Below are positions 27,160 to 35,625 of a stretch of 64,000 nucleotides of DNA, in pieces (position 1 is the first letter of the stretch; each line of letters starts with the position of its first letter). The translations under genes were made by a program, and so were the position numbers. This DNA comes from a virus: the IMG/VR virus record IMGVR_UViG_3300035698_009252, positions 64,001 to 128,000 of that record. The stretch is one strand, 5' to 3'. The notes beneath the pieces are model-generated. The model searched no databases. It worked only from the letters and a program-made list of their open reading frames with translations, and had not been told where the DNA came from.

Positions 27160-28965
27160 CTACGCATTTACGGGCGTCTGTGCCGCCCAACCCTTACGAA
27201 TCTGCTCCACAGTGGGCAGAGCAACCTCGTCCTTATCTTCTGTCAGGCCCTCGGTTTGCGCAAGCATTCCGAACACCTTCTCGTTGAACCCGGCAAGCAG
27301 GTTCACGTGGGTGCCCTCGTCCACAATCGTGTCACCGTACCCATTCAGGTTGATGCAGTGCAGCCAAGTCTCCTTGGCCCCCTTACCCGATGCCACGTAC
27401 TTTGCCCAGGTGTCACACACAGCCTTCTCGCTGTTCGGGCTCTCCGAACGGTAGCCACGCGCACCCGTCATGCTGGTGTCATCCCACGCCTGGAGGTCGG
27501 ACAGGAGGATAACCCGGTCAGGAGTCAGCCCCTTCTCGATGAGCCACAGCGGAATCTTGAAGGCGTTGGTGTTGTGACCGTTCACGCCGTCATCCCCAAT
27601 CTTGCGGGCCACATCGAGCACTGTATCAGTCTTCGTCCACATAACCTCGCGGATATCCGTTGCGAAAGCGCACACGTAGGAACGCTCACACCCCTTGGCC
27701 ACGATACCGGTTAGCACGTTTGCCACGTCGGCCACCGTCACCTCGGACTTGTCCGACAGCCTGTTGTTCGACATGGACCTCGAAGCGTCCACGAAGATTG
27801 CCGTGGTACCCGGCAGGGAAACCCCCTCCGCTGCGTAGTTTACGGCCAGCTCGACAGCGGCTTCCAGCTCACCCCGGTCGGCCTGGTCCACACCATCAAC
27901 CTGGAGGGCCTTCGATGCGGACAGGAACCGGAACGGGAGCTGCTTGGACCGCTGCACGGCCTGCTTGCTGGAGATATACGCGGACACCTTAGCGATATGC
28001 TCTTGCGAGACCTTCGCCTGAAGGATGTTCCGCAGGTTCCGCAGCATGGCCATGTAGCCGAGCAGCTTCTCGTCAACGAGGAACTCCCAAACACCCTTCT
28101 TGTCGTCCCCGAACTGGGAAAGCAGAACCTCCCAGTTCACCTTGGACTTGCGAGCAAGTTCCTTGGTGATGTTATCGAAAGCCGTCCGCTTGTTCATGGC
28201 CGCACGTGCCGCCACAATCGGGGCGTCCTTCTCATCCGGGATTGCGCCTGTGATGAAGTAATTCGCGATGGGCTTCGCCACCGGCCAGTCGGCCTTGCGC
28301 TTCACCCACCCAAACACGTCCTTCCACGTCGGGAAGTCCGGGCTGTCATACTTCACCAACCCACGCTCTCCAAAGCCCGAGATGGCGTCCCCCAGGCCGA
28401 AGTTCAGGCCATTGGCCAGAGACTTCATGCCGAAGAAGAACCGGTGAACGAGCAGACACGTCTTAACCTCGTCCGGCCTCTTGACAATGTGCGGGGCGTA
28501 CCGACGCACAAGCGACTTGGTCGCATCGAGCCTGGACGCCACAACAAGGAGCACCTGCGGCGTGAGCCGGATGTACATCTCATTGCGGAGCCAGTTGGCG
28601 ATAGAGAGAAGGTCCTCCGGGTTGTCCCCGGTCCCCACATCGATAGCCGTTGCCACGACCTCGCGAGCCACGTCGTTGAGTTCCTCGCAGGAAGCAAAGC
28701 CATTCAGCTTGCCATCCACGATTTCGAGACGCCGAGCGAGTTGCTCGAACTTGCCGCCCTGCACCCTCTTCGGGACAATGGCGTCACCGTTATAGAACTT
28801 CGGCTCGGCGAAAAACGCCCCACCGGTCATGGTGACCAGCTTGAGTGCCGGGTCCTTAATCTCGAATGCGACGCCGCCTGCGCGGTTTACGGTTGCATTC
28901 GGCTGCTTGCTCGGCTTACGAGCGTTCGCGGACTTGGTCCGCGCCATCTTCTGAAGAGTACTCAT
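27160..28965 (-). CDS. TROVE-domain (Ro60/Rsr/TEP1-like) RNA-binding protein with C-terminal vWA domain
   Basis: NRAGGVAF start, YMAMLRNLRNI, SKQLPFRFLSA, MIDAS DASRSM, ILLSDLQ. SD AGGAGGAGG before MSTLQK. Confidence 0.9.
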   Translation of the reverse strand: MSTLQKMARTKSANARKPSKQPNATVNRAGGVAFEIKDPALKLVTMTGGAFFAEPKFYNGDAIVPKRVQGGKFEQLARRLEIVDGKLNGFASCEELNDVAREVVATAIDVGTGDNPEDLLSIANWLRNEMYIRLTPQVLLVVASRLDATKSLVRRYAPHIVKRPDEVKTCLLVHRFFFGMKSLANGLNFGLGDAISGFGERGLVKYDSPDFPTWKDVFGWVKRKADWPVAKPIANYFITGAIPDEKDAPIVAARAAMNKRTAFDNITKELARKSKVNWEVLLSQFGDDKKGVWEFLVDEKLLGYMAMLRNLRNILQAKVSQEHIAKVSAYISSKQAVQRSKQLPFRFLSASKALQVDGVDQADRGELEAAVELAVNYAAEGVSLPGTTAIFVDASRSMSNNRLSDKSEVTVADVANVLTGIVAKGCERSYVCAFATDIREVMWTKTDTVLDVARKIGDDGVNGHNTNAFKIPLWLIEKGLTPDRVILLSDLQAWDDTSMTGARGYRSESPNSEKAVCDTWAKYVASGKGAKETWLHCINLNGYGDTIVDEGTHVNLLAGFNEKVFGMLAQTEGLTEDKDEVALPTVEQIRKGWAAQTPVNA

Positions 28966-29031
28966 AGCGTACCTCCTCCTTCTTTGAAGCGTGCCCAACT
29001 GTAGGGCACCAATTTACATTTCCTGACAAAC

Positions 29032-29066
29032 AAAAAGCCGATGGTCAACTTTTGACCATCGGCTTA
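29032..29066 (-). terminator. Intrinsic terminator after tRNA-Met
   Basis: Perfect AAGCCGATGGTCAA/TTGACCATCGGCTT hairpin plus T-run. Confidence 0.8.
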
Positions 29067-29069
29067 TCG

Positions 29070-29146
<77 letters not shown>

Positions 29147-29159
29147 AATCATACATAAA

Positions 29160-29435
29160 GCCGATACCAATGGGCACAAAGAGTTGCCGAGGGATATACC
29201 ATGATGGCCACATGGGCCTTTAGGAGTCCCTCTATACGGCTCCGTTTTAGGGGAGACGGCTACGATTGACCCCGTAGCCGAGGCTGCACATAATACCCAG
29301 TGCGGGGTCTCCGTTCCCCAGGACTTGGTAGTCCCCGGTTGGGATATTCGGATGGCTTCAGCGTCCGAACCTACGGACTCCACCAACCAGTGTTACTTTT
29401 CAGTAATGAAGTAACTCTTCATTGAAGCGTATCGC
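29160..29435 (-). ncRNA. Candidate Y-RNA-like structured RNA (~275 nt)
   Basis: The ends pair in three blocks (CGATAC/GTATCG, CAATG/CATTG, AAGAGTT/AACTCTT), with internal GGAGTCC/GGACTCC and hairpins. Adjacent to the Ro60 gene. Confidence 0.55.
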
Positions 29436-29495
29436 TTCTATTTTCTGTTTCAATTCAAAGAACAAACGACTGAAGCGTACCAGCCATCACAAACA

Positions 29496-29789
29496 CTATA
29501 CACCCGGACTCTCGTCCGGCGCAACAGAATTTTCATTTTTTTCATCTTCGTCTGGAATCCCTAATGTATTCCGCAGATATTCCTCGATTTCGTTAACGGT
29601 TGTCAACCGGCCAACATCTCCATCGGGTACAGGCTTTCCAAATTCTTCCTCGAATATCACCAACAATTCCACACAGTCCAGCTCATCGGCACCAAGGCTT
29701 GTTACGAGATGTGCATCATCTTCAATACCTTCAACCGGAATTCCCAGTTGCTCGGCCACGATAGACTTGATTCTGTCGCGAATGCTCAT
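29496..29789 (-). CDS. Acyl carrier protein-like protein lacking the phosphopantetheine Ser
   Basis: RIKSIVAEQLG...SLGADELDCVELL...EEEFG...TTV matches ACP except DSLD is DELD. Confidence 0.85.
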   Translation of the reverse strand: MSIRDRIKSIVAEQLGIPVEGIEDDAHLVTSLGADELDCVELLVIFEEEFGKPVPDGDVGRLTTVNEIEEYLRNTLGIPDEDEKNENSVAPDESPGV

Positions 29790-29796
29790 ACGACCT

Positions 29797-30027
29797 CCGT
29801 CATTCGGGTGAAGACACAATCCCTTACGGCCCCTTGTGTCTGAAAGTCCCCAAAAGGGGATGGGAAATCCAACCATGAGTTTAAGGGCTGCCTGTTCAGC
29901 ACTTACCGGGACTCTACCAACCCTTCCCGCCGATTCTCTCTACAGACTTTTTCAAACGTTGCGCGTACCTTCATCAGAGAATGTACCGTCATACTTGTCA
30001 TGTTCAGCGTAATCGGCCCGCTGACGG
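29797..30027 (-). ncRNA. Candidate structured RNA / leader upstream of the ACP-like gene
   Basis: Closing stem CCGTCA..CGGG/CCCG..TGACGG, hairpins GACACAA/TTGTGTC and TCCCC/GGGGA, no convincing ORF. Confidence 0.4.
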
Positions 30028-30035
30028 TTGAAAAA

Positions 30036-30211
30036 TGGTGGAGCGTACAGGAATTGAACCTGCGTCGGTTCCAGCCCTCCCGCCAACTACAGTCAAACCT
30101 GCACCGAGGAAAAAAATAAACCTCTGATTGGTACAGGACTCACTGCTTGGTACGAGACTTCGGAATCCCAAGTGACTTTCGTCACCGGCCTTTCCTCTCA
30201 GCCAACGCCCC
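30036..30211 (-). ncRNA. tRNA-Ala-like RNA with ~115-nt insert replacing the anticodon arm
   Basis: Acceptor GGGGCGT/ACGCTCC with G3:U70, A73, encoded CCA, D-arm-like TGGCTGAGAGGAAAGGC, T arm GCAGG-TTCAATT-CCTGT. Confidence 0.7.
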
Positions 30212-30285
30212 TTTCTCAGACTCTTGGCCAGCCTTTCGGCTGTTACCAGTTGACACCGCGTGGAGGTGGTCTGACATCGTCAACC

Positions 30286-30677
30286 TGGACGTGGGGAGAA
30301 TCGAACTCCCGTCCTGGACAGGCTCACCGTAAACCTCTACATGCTTATCCAGCTACTTTCTTTTGCCGCTGGCGGGCCGCACAACAGTCCTTCCCAGAGC
30401 ACCCCGTAATAAACGGTTCTGTTGTAGTACTCATTGGATGACATAGCCCGGCCACCCGCCGGGGTTCTACCTCTGTCGTTGCCGGACATCCCTTAGAGGT
30501 GTAGGGGAGCCGACACCGGGGCTGTTAAGCCGCCAGAGCGCGAGCGCCCTGGACTCCGGGGAATTGAAGAACGTTGCCGTTTACTTCAGTGTTGGAAGGC
30601 TTTTTAGGAGGCCAACCTTACCAACCTCCGCATGCAGTTAACGACTTGCATCTGCCAGTCGAAACCTTGTCACGCCC
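30286..30677 (-). ncRNA. ssrA: tmRNA, tag (A)GNVLQFPGVQGARALAA* at 30525-30578
   Basis: 5' GGGCGTG-ACAAGGTTTCGAC, 3' GGAC-GGGAG-TTCGATT-CTCCC-CACGTCC-A, G3:U70, tag ORF ending ALAA. CCA not encoded. Confidence 0.92.
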
Positions 30678-30733
30678 ATATTTTCAAAGAACGACCGTAG
30701 CATTCACCGTCTACCGCTACGAGTCAACATCAA

Positions 30734-30742
30734 ATTATACTC
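30734..30742 (-). promoter_or_regulatory. Sigma70-like -10 (GAGTATAAT) upstream of tmRNA
   Basis: Same G(A/T)GTATAAT element at 32467, 36325 and 42680, with a variant at 42235. Confidence 0.45.
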
Positions 30743-30778
30743 TATCCATTGCTCCAGGGAGCATCAATTCTGAAAAAA

Positions 30779-31232
30779 TTACTAGCAGGCCGGGTTTTCG
30801 CCGACACACTTACCTACCCCACCCTCCACGTAGAGCCATAACTTCAACGGGATAGGGTCATAGGCTTAAAGCTCAGTCCTAATCGTTTGCCCCACCTCCA
30901 ACCGGGAGGCTACGGGTTCTCTATTCCACCCAAGGAAGGCCATTTACATCTGCAAGACAGGCTTGCTCCTCTCTCGCGTCCGGGCTCTCACCGGCACCCC
31001 TGGACTTTGCAACCTACTTCTTTCGGTTCGGCGACCCGTTCGGATTCTAACCTACTAAGGGATTTTTGCGCACGGGGACTATTGGTGCGCGGGGTGTGTT
31101 ACGGCTCCAGCAACATCCAAGGTGTTCCGGTACCGGGTAGTCCGCAAGAAGGGGACAAGACCACATTCTCGCGCTTGCCTGGTGTGTCCGGGCTTGGATT
31201 CGCCTTCACCAGCGCCACACCGCTGCCAGTAA
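30779..31232 (-). ncRNA. Large (~450 nt) structured RNA of unknown class with tRNA-like ends
   Basis: 10-bp terminal stem TTACTGGCAG/CTGCTAGTAA, preceded at the 3' end by a 5-bp/7-nt-loop T-arm mimic GTCGG-CGAAAAC-CCGGC. No minus-strand ORF. Confidence 0.6.
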
Positions 31233-31247
31233 AATATCAATGAACAA

Positions 31248-31409
31248 ATCGAGCGACAGGGTTTTCACCTGCACGACGGGTATTTCATCTTTGCTTCAAG
31301 ACTGCGTTTCTTGATTTGGCTTTCGCTCGCCTCAAGGCATTCAGTCAACACCCCGTCTATTTCACCGCATCGCTGCTGGCAGTTTAGCGTCTAATTCCGC
31401 CACGCTCAA
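31248..31409 (-). ncRNA. tRNA-like RNA (~160 nt) with Leu-type D arm and large insert
   Basis: TTGAGCG/CGCTCGA acceptor, TGGCGGAATTAGACGC D arm, GCAGG-TGAAAAC-CCTGT T-arm variant. Confidence 0.6.
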
Positions 31410-32058
31410 AAACCAATGTTGCCTGCCCCGCCCTCACGTCCTCTTACTCTCGGACAGAGGCTTCAGCTTCGCCACGCACCGAGGTCCGGTAATCCGTGAC
31501 AGTAACCCGTCAGACAACAAATCAAAATCAAAGGGCAGGCTTGTTCGCCACAGTCCCAGAGCGGGCCGTTTAACTCCCGCTTTTCTTCCGGCATTGTTCC
31601 TTCTTCTGCAAGCAGAAGTTCACCGGGCCAATTGCAGACTAGCTGCTGGCCGATGCCGAAGCTGAGGCTGTACCTGCCATGAGGCACCGCCGAAGACGTG
31701 GCTGGTTTACGCATCCCAGCCGTAGCCCTGTTTTGCCTCCGCAAATGCGGAGATGGCTTCCCGGATTGTCTCCGGCATGGGGACGACGGTTTCCCGTCAA
31801 TCCTCCACCACCCGGATTTTTGATAAGGTTCCGGGGAACCGCATCGGAAAGGCCGCAACAGCACCCGAAGGCTGCCGTACGACGGTTCCCAACGAAAACG
31901 CCTTTGGGCCAGTCGCACCAGAGATTTGTGCCACACTGTTTTTTTTCTTGGCTCCCGGCGATAGTTCTTACCAACCGGCCCAAAGGTAAATCTTTCAAAG
32001 AACTGGCCTTGCGGCCTCGTCATCCCATTCATTGCGCAACTGGTTCGGGATTCTGAAC

Positions 32059-32430
32059 CTATCTTCCCAAAATCCCTTTCGCCGAATCGGGTTCATCGGC
32101 CAGTTTGTCCGGTAGTGCACCTTTGCCCTGTGGCTTCGCAGGAGAAGGAGCGACTTCCTTGATAATCTTTCCTAGCACCAAATCTACAATACGTCCAGCA
32201 GCAATTTCAACGCCTTCGTCACGCAGCCTCTCGGTCTCATTCAATTTGGCCTGTACCTGGTCCCATTTGCGGTACTCCTTGAACCCGATAGCCCACCGGC
32301 CATCATAAAAAACATCCCAACGATACCGGAGTGGAGCCAAGTTGTGCTCAATATTCCGGCGCTTGGTGTTCGCTCTCTGCTTGTCTTTCTTCTTCTTCTG
32401 TTTGCGCTTCTGTACTTTTGTCTGGCTCAT
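32059..32430 (-). CDS. Hypothetical protein with basic N-terminus
   Basis: 123 aa, downstream of the TATAAT at 32467. Confidence 0.65.
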   Translation of the reverse strand: MSQTKVQKRKQKKKKDKQRANTKRRNIEHNLAPLRYRWDVFYDGRWAIGFKEYRKWDQVQAKLNETERLRDEGVEIAAGRIVDLVLGKIIKEVAPSPAKPQGKGALPDKLADEPDSAKGILGR

Positions 32431-32580
32431 ATATTATCCCCTGAGTCGAATGCCTCAACCATCCTCATTATACTCACGGGATAGCCTTCGTGCTCAAGAA
32501 AAAAAAGCGATTAGGGAAACTGCGGTGGACCCTCACCGTAGTTTGGTGGTACTGGGACATACCCTTTCAGCCCCTCTTCA

Positions 32581-33723
32581 TCATTGTATCATCGATGCCA
32601 CATGAGCCAACTCGTCGTAACTCCCGCAACAAGTCATTTGCGGATAATTCTGCTGCGGCTCACAGCAATCTTCTACGCCAGCCGCCTGTCCCTGGTTTCC
32701 CTCGGGAAGCACTTCCCCAGATACGGGGTGCTCGTCCTGCATCTCCCGAAGCATCTTCATCACCACGTCGTACTCGTCTTCGAGAATGAGGACACCCACG
32801 AACAACTCCTTGAGGTGAGAAATGGACATGCCTTCGGTATCAGCGACCCACCGGTCCAAGTCAATTTCGTTTTCCGGCTGGTACTTTCCCACCAAGTGCT
32901 TGAGGTAAATTGCCCGAGACTTCTCGCCCAGAGGAGGCACTTCAAAGCGCCTGTCAAACCGACTTGGCCGATTGATAATGCGGGAGCCCAGCTTCTCCGG
33001 GTAGTTGGTTGTGGCCAGGAATACTGTCCACTCTAGGCCCTCTACGCCGTCCAGGAGATTCAAAATGCTGGTCTGGGAGAACCGCTCCAGCAGAGAATCC
33101 AGGTCCTCCATAATGACAACCAGGGGCGTTTTCGGCTGAATGGCCCGCAAGATACGCACACACTCCAGGAACACTTCCGGGTCATCCATCTTGATAGCCA
33201 CCCCGCCACGCTCGTACACGTCACTGATGGCCAGCTTGATGGTGCAGGACTTGCCGGTGCCCGGAGGTCCAAACATGAGCAAACCACGTTTGAAGGTAAG
33301 CCCGGCCCGGCCAAACTCGTCTTCCTTCGTCCAGAACTTCTTAATTTCGTTGACGACGGCACTGACGCTGGTCTCTGGGAAGCGGATAAGGTCTTCGGTA
33401 TTGCAAGGAATCCGGGAGAGGAAGTAACCGCACATCGGGCTGAACTTGCATTCGTAGTAGCCGGGAGGAAGCTGGGGCATCGTATTCCCGGCAGGACGCC
33501 ACTCGGAGCCATCACCGGTCGTCCATTGCTTCATACTCTTGAGTCGGTTCTCGTCGTCCGTCGCCGCGACAAAGCTTCGTGCTACCCGTTCTGCGATATT
33601 GTCATTCATAGTAACTTTCCCAATTTTCCTTAACATGTCCCCAGTGTCCACGTCCACCATTTCCATCCCACCATCAGGACACATGATAGGCACTGTCTTG
33701 GAGTCCAGTATCTTCTTGAGCAT
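32581..33723 (-). CDS. AAA+ ATPase (BCS1/classical AAA-like)
   Basis: RGLLMFGPPGTGKS Walker A, IMEDLD Walker B, TTNYPE sensor, RPSRFDR arginine finger. True start uncertain (see the 33768 finding). Confidence 0.9.
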   Translation of the reverse strand: MLKKILDSKTVPIMCPDGGMEMVDVDTGDMLRKIGKVTMNDNIAERVARSFVAATDDENRLKSMKQWTTGDGSEWRPAGNTMPQLPPGYYECKFSPMCGYFLSRIPCNTEDLIRFPETSVSAVVNEIKKFWTKEDEFGRAGLTFKRGLLMFGPPGTGKSCTIKLAISDVYERGGVAIKMDDPEVFLECVRILRAIQPKTPLVVIMEDLDSLLERFSQTSILNLLDGVEGLEWTVFLATTNYPEKLGSRIINRPSRFDRRFEVPPLGEKSRAIYLKHLVGKYQPENEIDLDRWVADTEGMSISHLKELFVGVLILEDEYDVVMKMLREMQDEHPVSGEVLPEGNQGQAAGVEDCCEPQQNYPQMTCCGSYDELAHVASMIQ

Positions 33724-33866
33724 GACCCTCTTGTTCCTGGTATGGAAGAACTTTTCGAGGAAACGCTCGTATTTCTCCCGTATTTCTCGATATACATGTC
33801 GATACAGACTCTACGGCCCTTACACTCGACATCGACAAACCAGGGTATTGCAGTCCTTCTCATCTA

Positions 33867-33889
33867 CCTATAGGTAGAATATCAAAGAA
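33867..33889 (-). promoter_or_regulatory. Bipartite promoter-like motif
   Basis: TTCTTTGATA-ttctacct-ATAGG. Confidence 0.65.
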
Positions 33890-33896
33890 AAAATAC

Positions 33897-34502
33897 TCAC
33901 GACACTCTCAAGAACTCGACTTTCATCACTTTCAGTGGCCTGCTCGACGCAACTGTCCCCTGGAAAAGTTGGTCAAGGTCTCTGGGCGAAAGGGTTTTTA
34001 CCGCCTTTTCGGATATATTCTTCATGTCCTCGGCAACCTCCGCGTCGGACAAAGTCTCTGCCCAGTAATCCATCTGCGCTTCCCCGAACTCGCTCAGGCT
34101 ACCCTCAAATGGAATATCCTCATCAAGAATCTTCTTGTAGATTTCCCACAACTTCTTTGCTATCCCACTGACCCCATCATTCATCAACTCGAAAATGATA
34201 TCCTCATCCGGCACCGCATTCTTCCAGTCCATCTTGGCAGTTATGAGTGCCCCATCTTTCGCCCTAGCCCTGCGACAAACTTCTTTCATATAGCCAACAG
34301 CCGCATTTTTATCCGTCGCCGCGTAGACCAGATTCGGGTTAGATGGATTCCCGCCAAACATCCCGCCTCCCCAATTTCCGGGATTGTCTCCACGAGATGA
34401 AATGACCCCCGCCTTCTCTATCTTGCGACCAGCCTCGGCAGTTGTCCCGTGATAAACGATTGAGACTGATGCCACTCTCTCAACTATTCTGGCTTCATTC
34501 AT
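33897..34502 (-). CDS. Short-leader ADP-ribosyltransferase-like protein (H-Y-x ART fold)
   Basis: MNEARIVERVA leader, then VYHGT...VYAATD...AVGY. Confidence 0.6.
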   Translation of the reverse strand: MNEARIVERVASVSIVYHGTTAEAGRKIEKAGVISSRGDNPGNWGGGMFGGNPSNPNLVYAATDKNAAVGYMKEVCRRARAKDGALITAKMDWKNAVPDEDIIFELMNDGVSGIAKKLWEIYKKILDEDIPFEGSLSEFGEAQMDYWAETLSDAEVAEDMKNISEKAVKTLSPRDLDQLFQGTVASSRPLKVMKVEFLRVS

Positions 34503-35536
34503 AGCACCGCTTTCGCCAGTTCCTTGACGGCTTTCTGCCACTTGCCCCTGGCATGCTTCTTCAGAGCCTTGAAGTATTTGCTCACATAGTGCTTCCCCCT
34601 AAAACCAAGGCCGTACCTCACTGGGTCTTCCATCCCGATAAAGACCTTGAAGAACGTATCTTTTGTTCCGAAATACTCCAATGCGTTTTTAGTCTTTAGC
34701 TTAAACGCCCTAATCTCATCCGCAAGGTCGGTGTAGAACTCCACGTCATCCAAATTATGGAACTCGCTTGGCTCAATCCCCTTCTGCTTTAGCTTGCGAG
34801 CTTCGGGTCCCTTGGCCCGCTGTATCACGTCCGGGGTCTTATCTCTCTGGGACGGCATCCCGAACTGTCCAGACTTTCCAATGAGGACGTTCATGTATGA
34901 CTGCGCCCAATGAGCCAGCTCGTGTTCGATAATCCAGTGAAGGTCTCCGCCTATCCTTATCCTGAGAGTCGCATTGTTGGCCAGCCAGTAGCCCTTGCCC
35001 TTAGTTTGCAAATCACCCTTGACTAGTTCAACCGTGATGACCCCGAACGAGTTGTCCGCGTAGGCTTTCCGCATCGGGTCTGCCGCCTTTACCTTCGAAA
35101 GATAGCGCCACCCCGTCATGTCGGCAACGAACTTGCGCTTGACCCGACTCCATTTCTTAATCTGGACTCGGGGGAATGATTTAACAATAGCCAATAGCTC
35201 GGCAACGCGCTTCTCCCGAGTTTCGATAGCGTCCCGAAACTGCTCGGCCCGACGCTCACGCTCTTCGGCGTACTCTCTTTCAAGCTTCATCCTGTCCGGC
35301 GAAAGGCCATCGTCTATGAGCTTCTGAATTTTCTCTCGGGATTCTTTGGCCTTGTTCAGGGCCTGTTCCATAAATTGCCGGTCTTCTTCAATACTTTTCT
35401 GATTACTCTTGACCCGATACGCCGCAATCTGGGCCTCAGACCACCGATAGATTTCATCCACCATAGCGGGTGGGGGGTGGATGGTACCCCCGGCAAGGCT
35501 CCGCGCCATCCTGAGTAATTCCTGGGCTTCTCTCAT
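34499..35536 (-). CDS. Leader-tagged zincin-like metallopeptidase
   Basis: MREAQELLRMARSLAG leader, IEHELAHWAQ (HExxH), downstream DDVEF. Confidence 0.65.
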   Translation of the reverse strand: MREAQELLRMARSLAGGTIHPPPAMVDEIYRWSEAQIAAYRVKSNQKSIEEDRQFMEQALNKAKESREKIQKLIDDGLSPDRMKLEREYAEERERRAEQFRDAIETREKRVAELLAIVKSFPRVQIKKWSRVKRKFVADMTGWRYLSKVKAADPMRKAYADNSFGVITVELVKGDLQTKGKGYWLANNATLRIRIGGDLHWIIEHELAHWAQSYMNVLIGKSGQFGMPSQRDKTPDVIQRAKGPEARKLKQKGIEPSEFHNLDDVEFYTDLADEIRAFKLKTKNALEYFGTKDTFFKVFIGMEDPVRYGLGFRGKHYVSKYFKALKKHARGKWQKAVKELAKAVL

Positions 35537-35549
35537 AGTAGGTTCTCCA

Positions 35550-35572
35550 CCTATAGCCCCGTTATCAAAGAA
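35550..35572 (-). promoter_or_regulatory. Bipartite promoter-like motif
   Basis: TTCTTTGATA-acggggct-ATAGG. Confidence 0.65.
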
Positions 35573-35603
35573 AAAGCACCCCTCGGGCCTTCCAAGGGGT
35601 GCC
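35571..35603 (-). terminator. Intrinsic terminator
   Basis: GCACCCCTTGG/CCGAGGGGTGC hairpin plus T5. Confidence 0.7.
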
Positions 35604-35625
35604 TTCATCATCAATGTGTGACGTG

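Noticed and set aside
30036-30211. Group I intron-containing tRNA
   Set aside because: The ~115-nt insert is too short and no P7 core or reconstructable anticodon loop was seen.
30779-31232. RNase P RNA (3' GAAAACCCGGC, GGAGCAAG, AAAGTCC fragments)
   Set aside because: No GAGGAAAGUCC at the expected 5' position and P4 pairing is unconvincing. The 3' motif is better explained as a T-arm-like hairpin. Left unclassified.
31463-32040. Overlapping ORFs of 189, 119 and 43 aa
   Set aside because: No consistent frame or motif. May contain one or two small or degraded genes, but no call is supportable.
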